A stretch of DNA of 64,000 nt from the human T2T-CHM13v2.0 reference genome, Homo sapiens (GCF_009914755.1 NC_060929.1); one strand, 5' to 3'. Positions 1 to 14,867 are shown, counted from the stretch's first letter. The notes: a model not told the origin generated them from the sequence alone. Numbers and translations are program-made.

Positions 1-434
1 GCATAGTAACAAGACCTTCCTTAAAGGAGGCTAAGAGAATTACAACCAGCAGATGCCAGTGAAATCCTTAGTAAGTGTCCAATAAGCAAACCATGGGATT
101 GTCCTAAGTTCAAACAGGCATCTTTCATTGTTTGGACCAGGGCTTTGCTGGGGCGGTAGGGTTAGGCAGGGACACTGAGATGTGTGTCCTTGGAGAACTC
201 TGAGAAGGAGGGGGGCAAGAGCTCAGTAGCTCACTCTCAGGGAAGCTTCCAGTCTCCTTTAGCTTGTCACAACTGCAGAACCATGTTTTCCTTTTCAGAT
301 CAAGAAACAATGTCTGCAGTCTCCCTTTCTCCTGTGCCTATGCTCAAGCTCCACACTGGCCCAGAGCTTCCTCCTTCAAGTCAATTCAAATAGTTACACT
401 CAAGTAGCAGACAGAAACAAGCTTTCTCTTCATT

Positions 435-1052
435 TGTTAAATTTTTAAAATTGCTTCATCGTGATAAAATACACACAACATAAACGTTACCATCTTAACT
501 ATGAAGTGTACCATTAACAATGTGTTAAGTATACTCACATTATTGTACAACCAATGTAATCTCCAAAACTCATCTTACAAAACTGAAACTCTGTACCCAT
601 TAAACGACTCCTCATTTCCCCCTCCCTTATAAAAGTCTGACTGTTCTTGATATCTTACGTAAGTGGAATCATACAGTGTTTGTCTTTTTGTGACTGGCCT
701 ATTTCACTTAGTATGATGTCCTCAAGGTTCATCTATGTCAAAGCATATGTCAGACTGTCCTTCGTTTTTAAGGCTGGATAATATTCCATTGCATGTGTAT
801 TTCACATTTTGTTTATCTACTCATCTATCAATGGACACTGGAGTTGCTTCCATTTTTTTGGCTACTGTGAATAATGCTCTATCAACATGGTGTACAAACA
901 TCAGTTGGAGTCCTGCTTTCTACTCTTTGGGGTATATATTATACCTATAAGTGAAAATGCTGGGTCATATGGTAATTCTCTTTTCAATTTTTTGAGAAAT
1001 GCCATAAGTTTTTCCACAGTGGCTGCACCGTTTTACATTCCCACTGACAGTG
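435..1052 (-). mobile_element. L1M (L1MB-like) LINE 3' fragment
   Basis: Antisense L1 3' region motifs: ctgaaactctgtacccattaaac, gtggaatcatacagtgtttgtctttttgtgactggc, tgctgggtcatatggtaattct, ttttacattcccac. Confidence 0.85.
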
Positions 1053-1859
1053 TTCTCTTCACTTTTATGAGGTGGCCACTCTTTCAGAAGGAGAGGCACT
1101 CTGGGTAAGATATGTGTCTAGAAATAGAATAAGATCAATCAGCCTTGATTCACGGAAGTGTCCTGTTCCAGCACCACCTTGCCAGGTGAAGTGAGTCACA
1201 AGCTCCCTTTCCGTTTCATTGTCACTGGCGGAAGGAAGTGATAGAGGTGGCTTCCAGCCATGCTGGGATGCCACATGCGTTTGCTGCTTGAGGAGGGACT
1301 TCCCATCTTTCCCTTGCTCTCTTTTCGCACACCTACTGCTAGGGCGCCTCTGACATAAGCCCACCTGCAACTTCTTCCAGGATCTGCTTCCACTTTGCCC
1401 CAGGAGCTACTTTTCTCTTTATCATTTTCTTTCATAGGATCTGAAAATGGTCTAGCAAAAGGTTGTTTCTTTGTTAGTCTCATGTTCTCGTGTCCATGTC
1501 AAATAGGGAAAATGAGGAAATTAATTGCTGTCTCTCTCAGGAACTCAGACCAACATAAAAATAAGACTCCTGAACTTAGAGCCTGTTTTGTCCACAAGAT
1601 TATCCAACCTGCAGCAAGCACCAGAACTTGCCTGAGATCCTGAGATCCTAGTCACCTGGACATACACCAAGATCTAGCATGGAAGAAGGGAAATCTGCAT
1701 CAGGAGTTCAGAGAAGGAAGAAGGATCAGTGAACTAACCTTAGCTCCTCCCTTTCAAATATCCACCTGGAAAAACAAAAATCTGTTCTCACCCTGGGCCA
1801 CAAAGCTTGATGCTTAGGAGGCAGGCAGCTTGGAGGTGTGTTTCACCACCTGCTGGTTG

Positions 1860-1945
1860 CATGACTGTGAGCTCAGGACTTCACCTTTTTGTGCCTCAGT
1901 TTCCTCATCTGTAAAAGGGAGACAAGAGTTGTATACCTTATAGCA
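1860..1945 (+). mobile_element. MIR core fragment
   Basis: Contains the MIR core gtgcctcagtttcctcatctgtaaaa. Confidence 0.7.
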
Positions 1946-2559
1946 TTCAAAGCAGTTTTATCACCTCACAACAACAAATTCTCTCACACTAGAGGCTATT
2001 AATCATCCTAGCAAGAGAAAAAGAGAAGGATCTTCAAAATTCAAATTTGGTTCCGTGTTTAGGTTCCTGTAAACAAGTCCGACACATTCTCCCTCTGCAT
2101 CTTTGTTCAAGTTGTTTGCCTCTGTTGGTTCTCTCTCATGGTCCTCCTCCCGATCTTCTGCCTCTTTCTTCCCTTTCTTTTTGTGGGTTTAACTCTCCAG
2201 GCCCATAAGGATCTGTCCTGCCACATCTCTTATTTGAGATGCTCATTTTTGCTCTTCTTTTTACTGTGTCCTTCTCACAGCTCCAGAACGATTTATTTTG
2301 CATTACCCATTAAGGCAGGCACATTGCTAGGCGCTCGCTGGAGACATGTGGTTGACGCTTTTTGAAGAATGCAGAATGCCTGGCTTAAAGAAACCTACTT
2401 TCTTAGAAAAGTTCCAGCTTAGAGCAAACCACCTCGTGATCACCCGCGTGGAATCTCGGGCTGAGCAATGTGGTTTGCAGATCCCTGAGCAGGGGCCTGT
2501 GAAATCTGGGAAGCAGGCATGTGCTGTGCGCAGAGGCATTCCAATAATAGTTTCAGATG

Positions 2560-2740
2560 CAGAGGACGGGCGGGCTGCTGTGACTCATGTCCCCAGAGCA
2601 CGCACATCTCCAGGCAGAGGGGACGTGGGCGGGGACGCTCACCCTTGGCCGAGGGGAATTACCTGGGGAGGCCAGGAAACAGGCCCCGGAGCACAGACAG
2701 GAGCCTGGCGTGCACAAGGGCAGCCACGCTGACTCACACA
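2560..2740. promoter_or_regulatory. Candidate enhancer: two AP-1 sites, GC box, kB-like site
   Basis: TGACTCA at 2581-2587 and 2730-2736, GGGCGGGG at 2627-2634 and GGGGAATTACC at 2653-2663, inside a locally GC- and CpG-rich non-repeat patch. Motif evidence only. Confidence 0.4.
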
Positions 2741-3244
2741 GGAAGGCAAGAGGGCGATGACCAAACTTGAAAGAAGCAAGTCGTCTATGTCAGGGAAGCC
2801 CTTAGAGAAACAGGAAGCATGATCAGCTGGTTTCAAGCTCAGAAAAGGAAAATTCAGTGTGTCCCCATGCCTTTGTTCTCACAGAAGTTTATCAAGATGA
2901 GACTCTGCTGAGCCTAGCACTGTGGTTCTGAGAAGTGAGAGTCAGCTACCTCCTCCAAGGGGGCCTCCACAGTGAGAGCGCACACAGTTGTCCGTCTGCA
3001 AGAACTGTTGGTACTTACCATAGCAAACATGTACGGACAGGGCCTCCACCTTCAGTTTTGTGGGTTGTGACCAGCCAAAGGGTGGCCAGCCGAGGGAGGA
3101 ACTCTGCTTCCCAAGTCAGGCACCAGCCTGAGCCAGCCCAGAGGAAGGGACATCTTTTTCTAATGTGTCTACCCAAATGAGCACACCCTTTTCCAATTAC
3201 CACAAAGACACCCTGCATGCTAGCTGTGGCCCTGTCTACAGAAC

Positions 3245-3690
<446 letters not shown>

Positions 3691-5469
3691 GTACAAGGGC
3701 ATGCTGCCTCCTAGGATGATTTTGTTTAGAACTAGATGATGATGATGATCATGATTTCAGTCATAGGTAGTTGAAGCTTCCCTGTGTTCTCAAGGATGTC
3801 TCAGTCAGCCTAATATGCCTCTGGGGTAAACAGAGAATGGTGGAGTGTTGGAAAGTTCTTGGAGAGGTTGGCTCCACCTGTCCAGGGCCAGGCTGCCCCA
3901 GGGCCATGTGCCCTGGCTGAGTAGCCGGCCTCTCTCCTATGCTAGAGCTTGGTATATGCCCAGCTGGCTAGGCTCTCTGGATTTCAGGATCTCAGACAAG
4001 TTCTGGTGCTTGTTGCAGATTGGATAATCTTGTGGACAAAACATAGGCTCTAAGTTCAGGAGTCCTATTTTCATGTTGGTCTGAGTTCCTGAGAAAGACA
4101 GCAGTGAACTTCCTCATTGCAGCACAGGGCACTTCCTCCGGCAGCACAGGGCAGGGATCCCCCTAACTGAACATAGGCTTGCCACCACCCTATTTCCCCA
4201 ATGCCCTGAGTGTGGTGGGACTTCTTGCTATGCAGAAGATTTCTGTATAATTCTCCAGGTAATGACAGACAGGATAACCTGCCACTCAAATGGAGTTGCC
4301 ACTTCAAGAGAAACAGCAACCTTTAGTCCAGAAATTCTAAAGCATCAATCCCCTTAAAATCATATTCTCAGCCCAGGATTGGTATGCTAACAAGTTCCCA
4401 GGGAGTTTGATACCCGTAGTTCTTTGGATTATTCTTCCTGAAACATCGCTTTGGGCCTTTCATGCTGAGAGATGTAGGTCGCCATCCAAGCTAAATGAAA
4501 TAAGCAGAGCTGACACTGAAAGTCCTTTTGTCCGATGAAAGCTAACAACTCTAGTATCTTGGCTGACCATCACATCCTTTAAGGATCATTTTATTTTTAA
4601 CAAATAACTGGAAAGTTGGCTTGCAATACCTTCAGGTGAAGGCTTTGGGGGGTGGGGCCACCTGTGACGACATGAATTGCCCTGAGGAAAATCATAGGAA
4701 GAAAATATATAGGTTTGAGTGACCTGGGCCATATTTTTGGGGCCCAATGGTTCAGCAAATCTAAAGATTTTCATATAGAAACACAAAACATTTGGAAAAT
4801 GAGAGTAGATAAGGATTTGTGTTTCAGAAGGGCAGCTTACACCTCTGAGTTCAGGGATGAAAGGTTCTTCAGGACAGAGGGTGCTGTACTTTCTCTAATT
4901 TCCCACCCAGACTCCCTCCTTCCTACAAACATAGCAGGCACGACCTGGGTTTTGATCTGAAAAGCATCACACAGGCTTGTGGCCCAGAAATGTCTGTCTA
5001 ATCTTCCTGACACTTCATGCTTCTGTGGCTTTCCTTTGGCTCTGGAAGAATTGGGAACTGTGAGACAGCCCACCCGAAGGGCTAAGTCCCTGAGAGGGAA
5101 CCCCTTAATCTGTTAGCCCTCTGCCATTTTGGGACAGATTTCTTATCAACCCTGGCAGCTAGCCGAGATAATCAAGGCAGGTAAGGAGGCAGTGCCTGGA
5201 TAATGGAATGGGAGAGGGTTAATGAGATCTGATAGGACATCGGGAGGGGGGCATGTGGATGCTGTTTCACATGCCAGAGGCCAGGTCTGCTGGTCTGCTT
5301 ACTTCCTTTATCCTTCTGGTTAGAGCTGGAATGGTCCCTGCCCTCCCCACCAAAACCATGAGTGCCCTCCCCACAACTTGCCCCATTACTTAGACTCAAC
5401 ACTCTCTAAGAATCCAAACAGCTGACCACATCACATGTTCTGGCTTCTTTCTGTTTTAAAGGAATGAGG

Positions 5470-5473
<4 letters not shown>

Positions 5474-5519
<46 letters not shown>
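5474..5519. repeat. (GT)23 microsatellite
   Basis: Perfect GT dinucleotide run of 46 bp. Confidence 0.98.
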
Positions 5520-5522
<3 letters not shown>

Positions 5523-6328
5523 AGGCATGTTGGGCTCTATAGCTGCAGATTCCCTTCCCTTGGGCTCTCTCAGCTTCTACCAGTTTGAACAATCCCAGGA
5601 ACTGCACACAAAAGAGACAGCTGGCTATGAACATCCTCCCCATGGGGAGACAGCTCCCAGGTAGAGCTGAAGCTGCAGCTGTCATCCTCAGAAAGGAGCT
5701 GTCTCCCTGCCAGATGTAAAGCCCAGACCTTGACCATCTCACAGCAACCTGAATTTCATTTATTGGGTTAGCTGGGCCACAACAGGCAAAAAGTAAGGAG
5801 AACTGGCCTTCCTCTGCTTTCCTCCTAGCTGTGAGCAGACACACAGGCTCCCAAAGCTTGTTGGAAATGAAGGTAGACAGTGAAGTTGGGCAAGGGACAG
5901 CCTCTTTGTGCCTCAATTCTGTCAAATGTAACACAGACCACTTGACCATAGAAGTTCCCTCTGGTTTTAAAGCTGTAAAACTCTGTAAGATGTTACCACT
6001 GTTAGTCTGGCACACATTTAGAGGTATGCATGTGTAGAGAGACATTATACAGGTGTTTAACTTACATGAATTCAACTAAACAAGTTCTGTCTCTTTTGCA
6101 TACTTAAAAATAAAAATGCTGTAAAATTATATTTTACGTACACATACACAACGTTATATACTTATACAAACATAATACGGGGCAGGGTTATATGCCCAAA
6201 ACCTTGTATAACTAACTATACTTTATCAGTGACTTAGGTTTTTTCTAATTTACCTTTGATTGCACTTAACTTTATAACCTAACCCCACAGAAGGTGAGAT
6301 TCCACTGTAATTATTACTGTGTTGCTAA

Positions 6329-6590
6329 GGAGGCAGTGGAGTATAAGGAGAAAGATGTGGGTTTAGGAGACAGATTGAGCTGGATTTGAGTCCTGGATTT
6401 GAATCTCGGCTTTGTTCTGTATTAATTGTGTGATCTTGGATAAGTTACTTAAGCTCTTCCAAGCCCAGTTTATCATCAAATAGGAAGAATAATGCCCATC
6501 TCGCAGGATTATTGTGAAGGTTAAATGAGATCATGTATGTGACACTTATTACATGCCTGGGACAGTGTATCACTCAGCATATGACATTTA
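6329..6590 (+). mobile_element. MIR (near full length)
   Basis: Colinear with MIR: ggatttgaatctcggc, tgtgtgatcttggataagttacttaa, gtgaaggttaaatgagat, tgcctgg. Confidence 0.85.
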
Positions 6591-6705
6591 TTACACATGA
6601 TTCAGCCCACATACATTTACATATCTAACACTATTTTATACAGCAAAATCAAACACTTCAGTAGTCATTTACGCACAGCAGAAAACTTCTCTGATGATCT
6701 GCAGA

Positions 6706-6940
6706 TCACACTTTCCCAAGATGTGCTCCAGATTTCGCAGATGATTCTGTGGCCATATAAATTTGAAACATTTTACCTGTTATATACTTCTCCTCGAGAC
6801 TCATGATGTATTAACGTTAAAGGGTCTGAGAAGTCCCACAGCAAAAACACTTGATTAACTTGGTTTATCTCAGCCCTCTAACACTTATTAAGATCCCTAG
6901 GATCAGGTCCCTAGAGTCCAAAATACACTTTGGGAAGTGT
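6706..6940. mobile_element. hAT-Charlie-type non-autonomous DNA transposon fragment
   Basis: Imperfect terminal inverted repeats cactttcccaag / tttgggaagtg; internal gggtctgagaagtcc resembles MER5-related elements. Confidence 0.5.
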
Positions 6941-7049
6941 TTTCAAGTGACCTAGGTCACTGTGGGCACAGGTTACTCTAGCTTCCAGAAACCCCTGGCT
7001 AGGCAGATGGGCTCAAGTGTGGCTGTCGGGTATCTGCATGAAGAAGGTC

Positions 7050-7210
7050 AGTATTTCTGGGTTTCACTGGTATCACAATCACCTGGGGAGCTTTACAAAA
7101 ATGTAGATTTTTTGGCTCCACCTCAAAGTTGCTGAATTAGACCAGAAGGTCAGAAGTGTGCATTTTAAATAGGCATTACAAGCATCGAGCTAAATTTTAA
7201 GATGCACTGG
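7050..7210. mobile_element. MER5A-like hAT MITE
   Basis: aatcacctggggagctt...aaaaatgtagatt...tgcattttaaa with cagt...cactg ends. Confidence 0.75.
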
Positions 7211-8362
7211 GTAGGTGCTTGGAGTTAAGTTCAAGCAAGTGGTAGGAAGAAGACCTCACATACTTCTCCCTCTCATTCTCCAAGTTTCTAGAACTAATTT
7301 AACATGTGATTCAATGGACTAAAAGGATTTTTTCCCTGCTTCTTCACATGAACAGCACTAACGGGCAGGTTGGAGGGCTGCCATCAACAGAGTTTAATGT
7401 AGGTTCCTTTAATCAGATTGCTTTCCTCTTTCTAGCTTGCTGAGACCCTGGGCCTCAGGGAATGGCCATCTTGATCTCTAAAGGAGCTGTTTCTGCCAAA
7501 GGAGGGTGTCACTTGGGAAAACCACACTGTGTGACCTGACTCTCAACTACAGATGCTTCTACACAGAAGTATTCAGATAATGGGTGGCATTGAAGGAGAA
7601 AGCCACAGAAAGCCACAGAGAGCCTCCAGGCTGGAGGTATGAAAAGGGACAGTATGTTTTCTAACTATGGGAGAGGGGTATATTAGAAGTTGATTCTATG
7701 CTTACGAACCTTTCTGTTATTACTATTAGTAGTAGTAAGACTCTCCTTGAAAACCAGTAGGCTTAAGTCCTTGTTCTAGCCTTTCGGAATGTAAACGGGT
7801 CTTTCCAGAGGCGAGATAAGACCAGTCTCCAGTTTTACAGAGATGTCTTCAAGGTCATGGGTCCCATAACCCAAATGCAAACATGTGCCTCTGGAGCTAA
7901 CCTGAGAGCCTGTCTCAAGATGTAATTGTTTGTTTCTTAAGGTTGTGGGAGATGTATTATTGTTATTTCTTCTGTTTTGCTGCATAAATTGTGTAAAATT
8001 TCATTCTGACCTTGTAGCCTTTTGCCAGCTACCATATGTGTGTGCTGTGTTGTGTGAATTCATAAATCAGTGTTGCTGTTGTTTTTTTTCCACAGTGATG
8101 TAGAGAGGTCTCTGTTTTTTGGCTAGACTTTGAATTCCCTAATAGTAGGAATGGTAGGTTGGACTTCAATTGTACTATTCTAAGCAGTAATGTGAGGTTC
8201 TTAAAATTATGAAGACAGCGTAAATTCTACCTTTGCTACAGCCAATGGGAGCTATCTTGGGGGAATTGAGGGGGAAGGAAGAAGGAGCTTGTGAGCCTGG
8301 AGCACATTGAGCAAGAGCATTAAGAGTCATGGTGGGGAGTGGGGATGTGAAGACCCTCCCAA

Positions 8363-9028
8363 TGTAATTGCCCAGTGGTTTCTTCCTGCCCACTGCATGG
8401 GCAAAATCAATTCACTGAGACTGCAGTATTGCAGTAGAGAAAGTGTTTAATTGATGTGAGGCTGTCACATGGGAGACTGGAGTTACCACTCAAATCAGTC
8501 TCCCCAAAGGCTCAGAGGTTACGGATTTTCGAGGATAGTTTGGTGGTCAAGGGACTAGGGAGTGGGTATGCTGATTGGGTACACTCAGTGGGTATTGGGG
8601 ATACAATGATAGGGGTGTGGAAAATGGTCCTTATGTGCTAAATCCATCTCTGGGTAGGGGGCCATTCGACTGGTTGAGTGATGCATTATGATTCTGGGTG
8701 AGGTCAGTCTGAAAAACATCTCAAAAGACCAATCTTAAGTTCTACAATAATGATGTTATCTACAAGGGCAATTGGGGAAGTCACAAATCTTGTGACCGCT
8801 AGTCACATGACTCCTAAGCAGTAAGAGATTATAGAAATTATACCTACATTTTAACAGAATTCAGCCCCTTACATAATTGTAATCTTGTGGCCTTTCATTA
8901 GTCTTACAAAGACAGTTTCAGCCCCTGAATATGGCACAGATCAGTTTCAGGGAGGGACTATTATTATCCTTGCTTCAAACCTAATTTATAAACTAAATTC
9001 CTCCCATGGTTAGCTTGGCCTATGCTCA
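8363..9028 (-). mobile_element. LTR8-family (LTR8B-like) ERV1 LTR, 5' end truncated
   Basis: Begins tgtaattgcccagtggtttcttcctgccc; contains ctcaaatcagtctcccc; clearly homologous to the LTR at 22063-22787 (aatcttgtggc, tataaactaa, ttggcctatgc) but stops early. Confidence 0.85.
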
Positions 9029-11479
9029 TTCCTGGTCTTTTTTATGTTTAACAAATTTGGAAAAGTTACTGGAGATTCACAGGAATTTGATTCCTCTCCA
9101 GGGATGATCTGCTTTGTAAAATGCAGAGGGAATGGGACAGTGGGAAAGGCTGGGGCCCTCAGACCACTCCCTTGCCATCCTCTTCTGGCCTCTTCAAATG
9201 CTTGTCAAGCAAAATTTCTGGTTGAATCATATGGCTTTGATTGAAAAAAAGGAGGTTGGTATGTGGGAAAAGAGCAAAATTTTTTTTACAATGGCATTGT
9301 TACAAGCTTGATCAAATATACCAAGTAACCTTCCCTTCCAAGAGTAATTAGTCAAACTCTTCTCTGTTTGACCTCCACTTCACTCCACCACCACACATGC
9401 TAGCTGTTGTGTTTCTCCATTTGGCATGACACAGGACAACTGGTCAGCTTTCCATATAAAGGAAAGATAATTTTTTGCTTTTAGCTAACATTTCCCTTTA
9501 AGGAACAGAAAGAAAAAAACAATTGGGGTCCCATGTTCCCATGGCTTCTATCCACTTTTCATTAGGCACCCCATGCACCTGCTAACCAGAACTCAAGCAA
9601 CACTTTTGGACCGCCATCGTGTTGCAGCTGCCCCCCATCTGGGTAGCTCTGTCTTGAGTTTCTTCCTGTTCCTTGGCTATCTTTGACACAGTGACCCATT
9701 TTACCTCTTTCTGGCCAGAAGTGGCTGTTCCTCAGTGGGGATGAATCACTTTGTACCCATAACAATGCTGGCAATCCCCAAACAGCAGACACTTTCCACT
9801 TGTTCAAAGTCCCTGAACAGCCTTTGAAGGAAACTTAACAAACAGTTACCCCTTGGTTAACACCTGGTGTGAGGCTGCATAGCTTGAAATATAACTTTAT
9901 AAACCACTTCAAAGTTGCTGGAGATACAGGTTTGGAACAGAAAGACCATTTCCCTCTAACCACTACAGCATATTTCCTTCCAGCCAAGCAGTAAGCCCCA
10001 GTGTAACAGCAGAATTGCAGAGTCTTCCTGATTTAGCACACTGCCATTTTGTCATGGCTCGTTTTGATCCCTCTCATTAGTCGGCCCAGTGTTACCATAT
10101 CCAATAAATCAGGTATAGACTGGTTGCCTCCCAAAAGAAAGAATTTGCCTTTATTTTCTGCACCACACAGAAGCAAGCAGTAATTTATACACTGCCTGGA
10201 AACCAGTAGCACAAACACTGGTAAGTAAATGTTCAGCTGAAGCCAAGCTCCCCCTACTATTCGTGAAAGGAACTTGGATGCCCACTCTCAAGTGTCAATC
10301 ATCTTGAATCACGCCGCTGTTGAATTTAGCTAATTTTTTTTTTTTCCAGAGTAGCATCTCTCATTAAGCCAAATGATGCCTTTGGGCACATTTTTCCTTT
10401 AAAATGTTTTACTGTATTTGAATAGAAAATAACTGAAATAGGAAAAAAATGTAAGTCTATTTGGGTGGTTGGTTATATAGCCAGGGTTAAGTGTTTATAT
10501 TTTAAGTTACTATTTTTAATCAAAAGTTTCCCGATAATTACAGCCTAAAGGAAACCACAGTAAAAATATTAACCAGAAATTTACTCAATGTAATGGATAA
10601 TTACCAAAGAATAAATAAATCATATTTAGGAATAGGAAAGAAAGAAAAGTGACCTTGTTAAAAGCTGTCAGCTTCACAGAGGTGAACGTCTTCTCCCCAC
10701 TCTCCTCCTCCACCCTCCTTGTCTCTCCTTCCCACCTCAGCCAGGAGCTCAGTGACCTTCTGCACTTCCCCTCTGTTTCTATCGAAACTTGCCCATGGGA
10801 AAGATCCAAAACTCTTTCCATTATGACATAAATGATTGATAACTTACATGTTCCATGTTTTCAGATTATTCATTTATTTTAACAGACTGGAGAATACTTT
10901 TGACTAAAGAAAGAAGCTGTAACAGATGTCTTAGCAGCCAGACGATGGGTAAAGGATAGTTTTTGTCAGTAAGGATGGTGGTACTGGGGCATTGTCTTCC
11001 AAACCTAAGTGAGATTGTAATAGAAGTTTTGAAGCTATTAATGAAATATATCAATAAACATGAGATAAAACTACATGGTTTGACAGGTATATTGTTTTTT
11101 TAAAAATGTGTTCTAGGAATTTCAGTGGCTTCACCAAATGGAGTCAGTCCGACATGTAAGGTTTGGGCATTTGGGAAAATGAGCAAGAATGAACATTGAG
11201 GAGATACACACACACATGAACACTTTAAAAGAGTGTACTGTAGTCTTACAGTAAGTGGGTAGGAGAGGAATGGGGCAGAGAAAGCATCTGAGGTTCTTGG
11301 AGGACCTTGAAGGACCTGGGAACTATAGGACTATCAGACCCAAGGCCATTGCTCTGGGGTGCTCCAGACATCTGGGGAGGAAGAAACCTGGAGAAAGGCT
11401 GTAATATTAGGTAACTGGCAGGACATGGTGACCTTTTGTGAAGATAATTCCCAAAGCTATTGTTCTCATGTTAGAGACC

Positions 11480-12230
<751 letters not shown>

Positions 12231-12269
12231 GTACTTCTCATCAAGGCAGCTCAGGAGAATCAACAAGCT

Positions 12270-12450
12270 GTTTAGCCTTGAGTAAGTGGCTTAATCGCTC
12301 TAAATTTCAGTTTCCCTATCTCTAACACAGCATTAGTAATAGCACCTATTTCCAAAGTTGTTTTGAGAATTAAAGGAAATAATGCATGCAAATCACTGAG
12401 TACAAATCTAGTATGTAAAACACAATAAATGTTTATTATTATTACTGTTA
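12270..12450 (+). mobile_element. MIR 3' part
   Basis: cagtttccctatct...aatagcacctat...gagaattaaa...caataaatgtttattatt. Confidence 0.75.
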
Positions 12451-13734
12451 CTACCTGCATCTTTGCACCAGCTTTCTCATCTATAAACTGATTGTTTTAA
12501 AGTTTCCTTCGGCTTTAAACAGGCTATGACTCCTACCTAATCCTAAAAGAAAAGTTCTTTGTTCTCTGGATTTGTCAATCTGGCAACTCTAACCATCAAT
12601 ATATTAACATTTTTTTTCCAGTTACAAAAATTCTGCAGGAACCAGCAATGATTCATCAACTTGTAATAACATGCATGAATTTAAGACATGGCCATAATTA
12701 TTTTATGAACTTGCATTTAATGTACCAAAGTCTTCACTGTTCTCATAAGATTCTGGGAAGTGGAAAGAGAGGGTGATTTGGAAGGATAAAGCTCCTTTTC
12801 ATCTACATACCTAAAGAGGGGTGCTTTTATTTTCCTTTTGATGATCTTATAATAGGATATCCTTGAAAAAGAAAACCAAAAGTAAGATATTTGTATTACA
12901 CAGCCAAAATATTCAAGAGACCTGTGTTCCACTTGGCACTTTCTAACTCTATTCTGTATCTTTCTGGATTTCAACCCACATGAAAGAAGCAATATTTATT
13001 ACCTAGTAACTGGATAAACTATGTGTGATATTTAACTTCAAGTACAAAATATTATCTTCTATGATCTTACAGTGTACTGGAGAGCTTTATGTCCTTTTTA
13101 TGCAAGAGAAAGCTGAGGCTTCCTGGAGGAAGAGAATGACGTGAAGCCCACACAGCTATCCAGAGCTGAAACCAATGCCAAGCAAGCTCAAAGGTTTGGG
13201 CTTTATGATTAGACACCCCACTTCGCTTTGCTTACCTGCCAAATCCTGTAAGTGTGAGCTATACTTCATGTTTGTTTCCCATAAATACATCCTTATTGAT
13301 AATGTCAATAAAGTAAATTTCATCACCCACTTGGAATGGCTCCGTCCTCGTCCCGGCAGTGTTTTGCCTTCCAGAAGAACAGAACAATGCACCATAGTTT
13401 CCAAGTGCCTTTCATTTGCCACTGGGACCTTTGCTATTTGGATCATACTTCCGCCTTCTCAGACCTTAACAAATAAAATATCTTGGTGCAAGCAATTTTC
13501 TCTGTAATGGAGGGAATTGCAATGATAAGCAAATTTTACCCAAATTCCTGTGAGTTTTCAATGCTTTATTTTAGGTTGACTGATGCTGTGTAAAAATGTT
13601 TCAATGACATCTAAAGCCAGAGGGCAAAAAAGTATCAAGAAAAAAAATTATTAAAACCAACAACCAATGTGTGTGTAAAGTAAAAAGTTTATATATAGTT
13701 CACCAAGCATCAATACTATAGACTTACTGGACTT

Positions 13735-13805
13735 TCAGCAACCCAGTAAGGTAGCTATGGCAGGTCTTATGATTCCCATTTTACAGATGAGGAAATTGAG
13801 GTCCA
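13735..13805 (-). mobile_element. MIR core fragment
   Basis: cccattttacagatgaggaaattgagg. Confidence 0.7.
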
Positions 13806-14629
13806 TTCCGATTTTTTACTCAAAATCCTATGCTAGAGTTAACAATCCCTCAAAGTTCTTGAGTACCTTATTTATTACTGTTATTGTTACTCTTACCATT
13901 TGAAACCAGAGGGGCATTCACCTAAATTTTCATTTGCATGAGCAATCAAAGAAAATCAGAATTGGAATCACCTGCCAACATTTACTTAAAATAAATGTAC
14001 TTATTATTTTCCAGACGTACTTCGGACAAGTTATTTTAAACACAATTGTGCATCAGTAAAAATCCACAGGAACAATGAACACTCCACAGGCTTCTGACTG
14101 AGAAAGTGAATAGGGAGCAGACCTTGTTATGGTGTCAGAATGAAACAATGCCTGGGAAGGCTCCAATACTGTTCCACAAACAAAACTAAGGAAATGGGAG
14201 AAGAAAGAAAAGTAAAGTATATTTATGTGCTGCAGGTCTAGCACTCCAGCAGGAAATTCCGAGTGAGAGCTCTCACCAGTGCCCTAGCCCTTGACCCTGA
14301 GGTCGTGGGGTTTTTGGGTCCAGCCAGGCATTGGTTGGCCACATCCACAGACTCCAGAGTCTTAAAGGGCCTGGGCCTCACTTGCCTCTCCCGTGTGCCC
14401 CAAAACCTGGCCACTCTGTCTGAAGGGTAGCCTCCCTTCTTGCTTTCACAAGCCTGTGGATGGCTGGTTTAAAGCAGGAAGAGCTGCCACTCTCCCTTCA
14501 CACTTTACATCACCTCTACACAAGTCATTCACTGATTCCTGCCTTAGTAGGTGTTTAAATGAAGTGGTTGTTGCCTATTGACTGAGAATGGACACCTTGA
14601 AGAAACATACGATGTGCTTGACACACACT

Positions 14630-14815
14630 GCAAGTATTCCCTAACTTTATTACCTAAGAATCACTTGGGAGGCTCATTTACAATGCAGATTTCTGGATCT
14701 TATCCCTGGAGATCTATCTGGTAGGTTTGGAATGGGGCTGCAGCCCAGGATCTTAATCAAACAGCCCAGGTGATTTTATGTGGGGAATCTAGGTTCATAT
14801 TTGAAAAATACCACA
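14630..14815. mobile_element. MER5-like hAT MITE
   Basis: agaatcacttggga...aatgcagatttctgg...ggaatggggc...cccaggtgatt. Confidence 0.75.
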
Positions 14816-14867
14816 GTAATTGTGAAATAATTAAAATAATGAATGAATGGTAGCATTATGAATGTCA

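Noticed and set aside
2346-2732. 128-aa ORF in the GC-rich patch
   Set aside because: High GC suppresses stop codons; overlapping ORFs occur on both strands and no protein family is recognisable.
5431-6075. Longest ORF (214 aa, minus strand)
   Set aside because: Non-ATG start, includes the (CA)n-encoded HT run, and has no recognisable domain.
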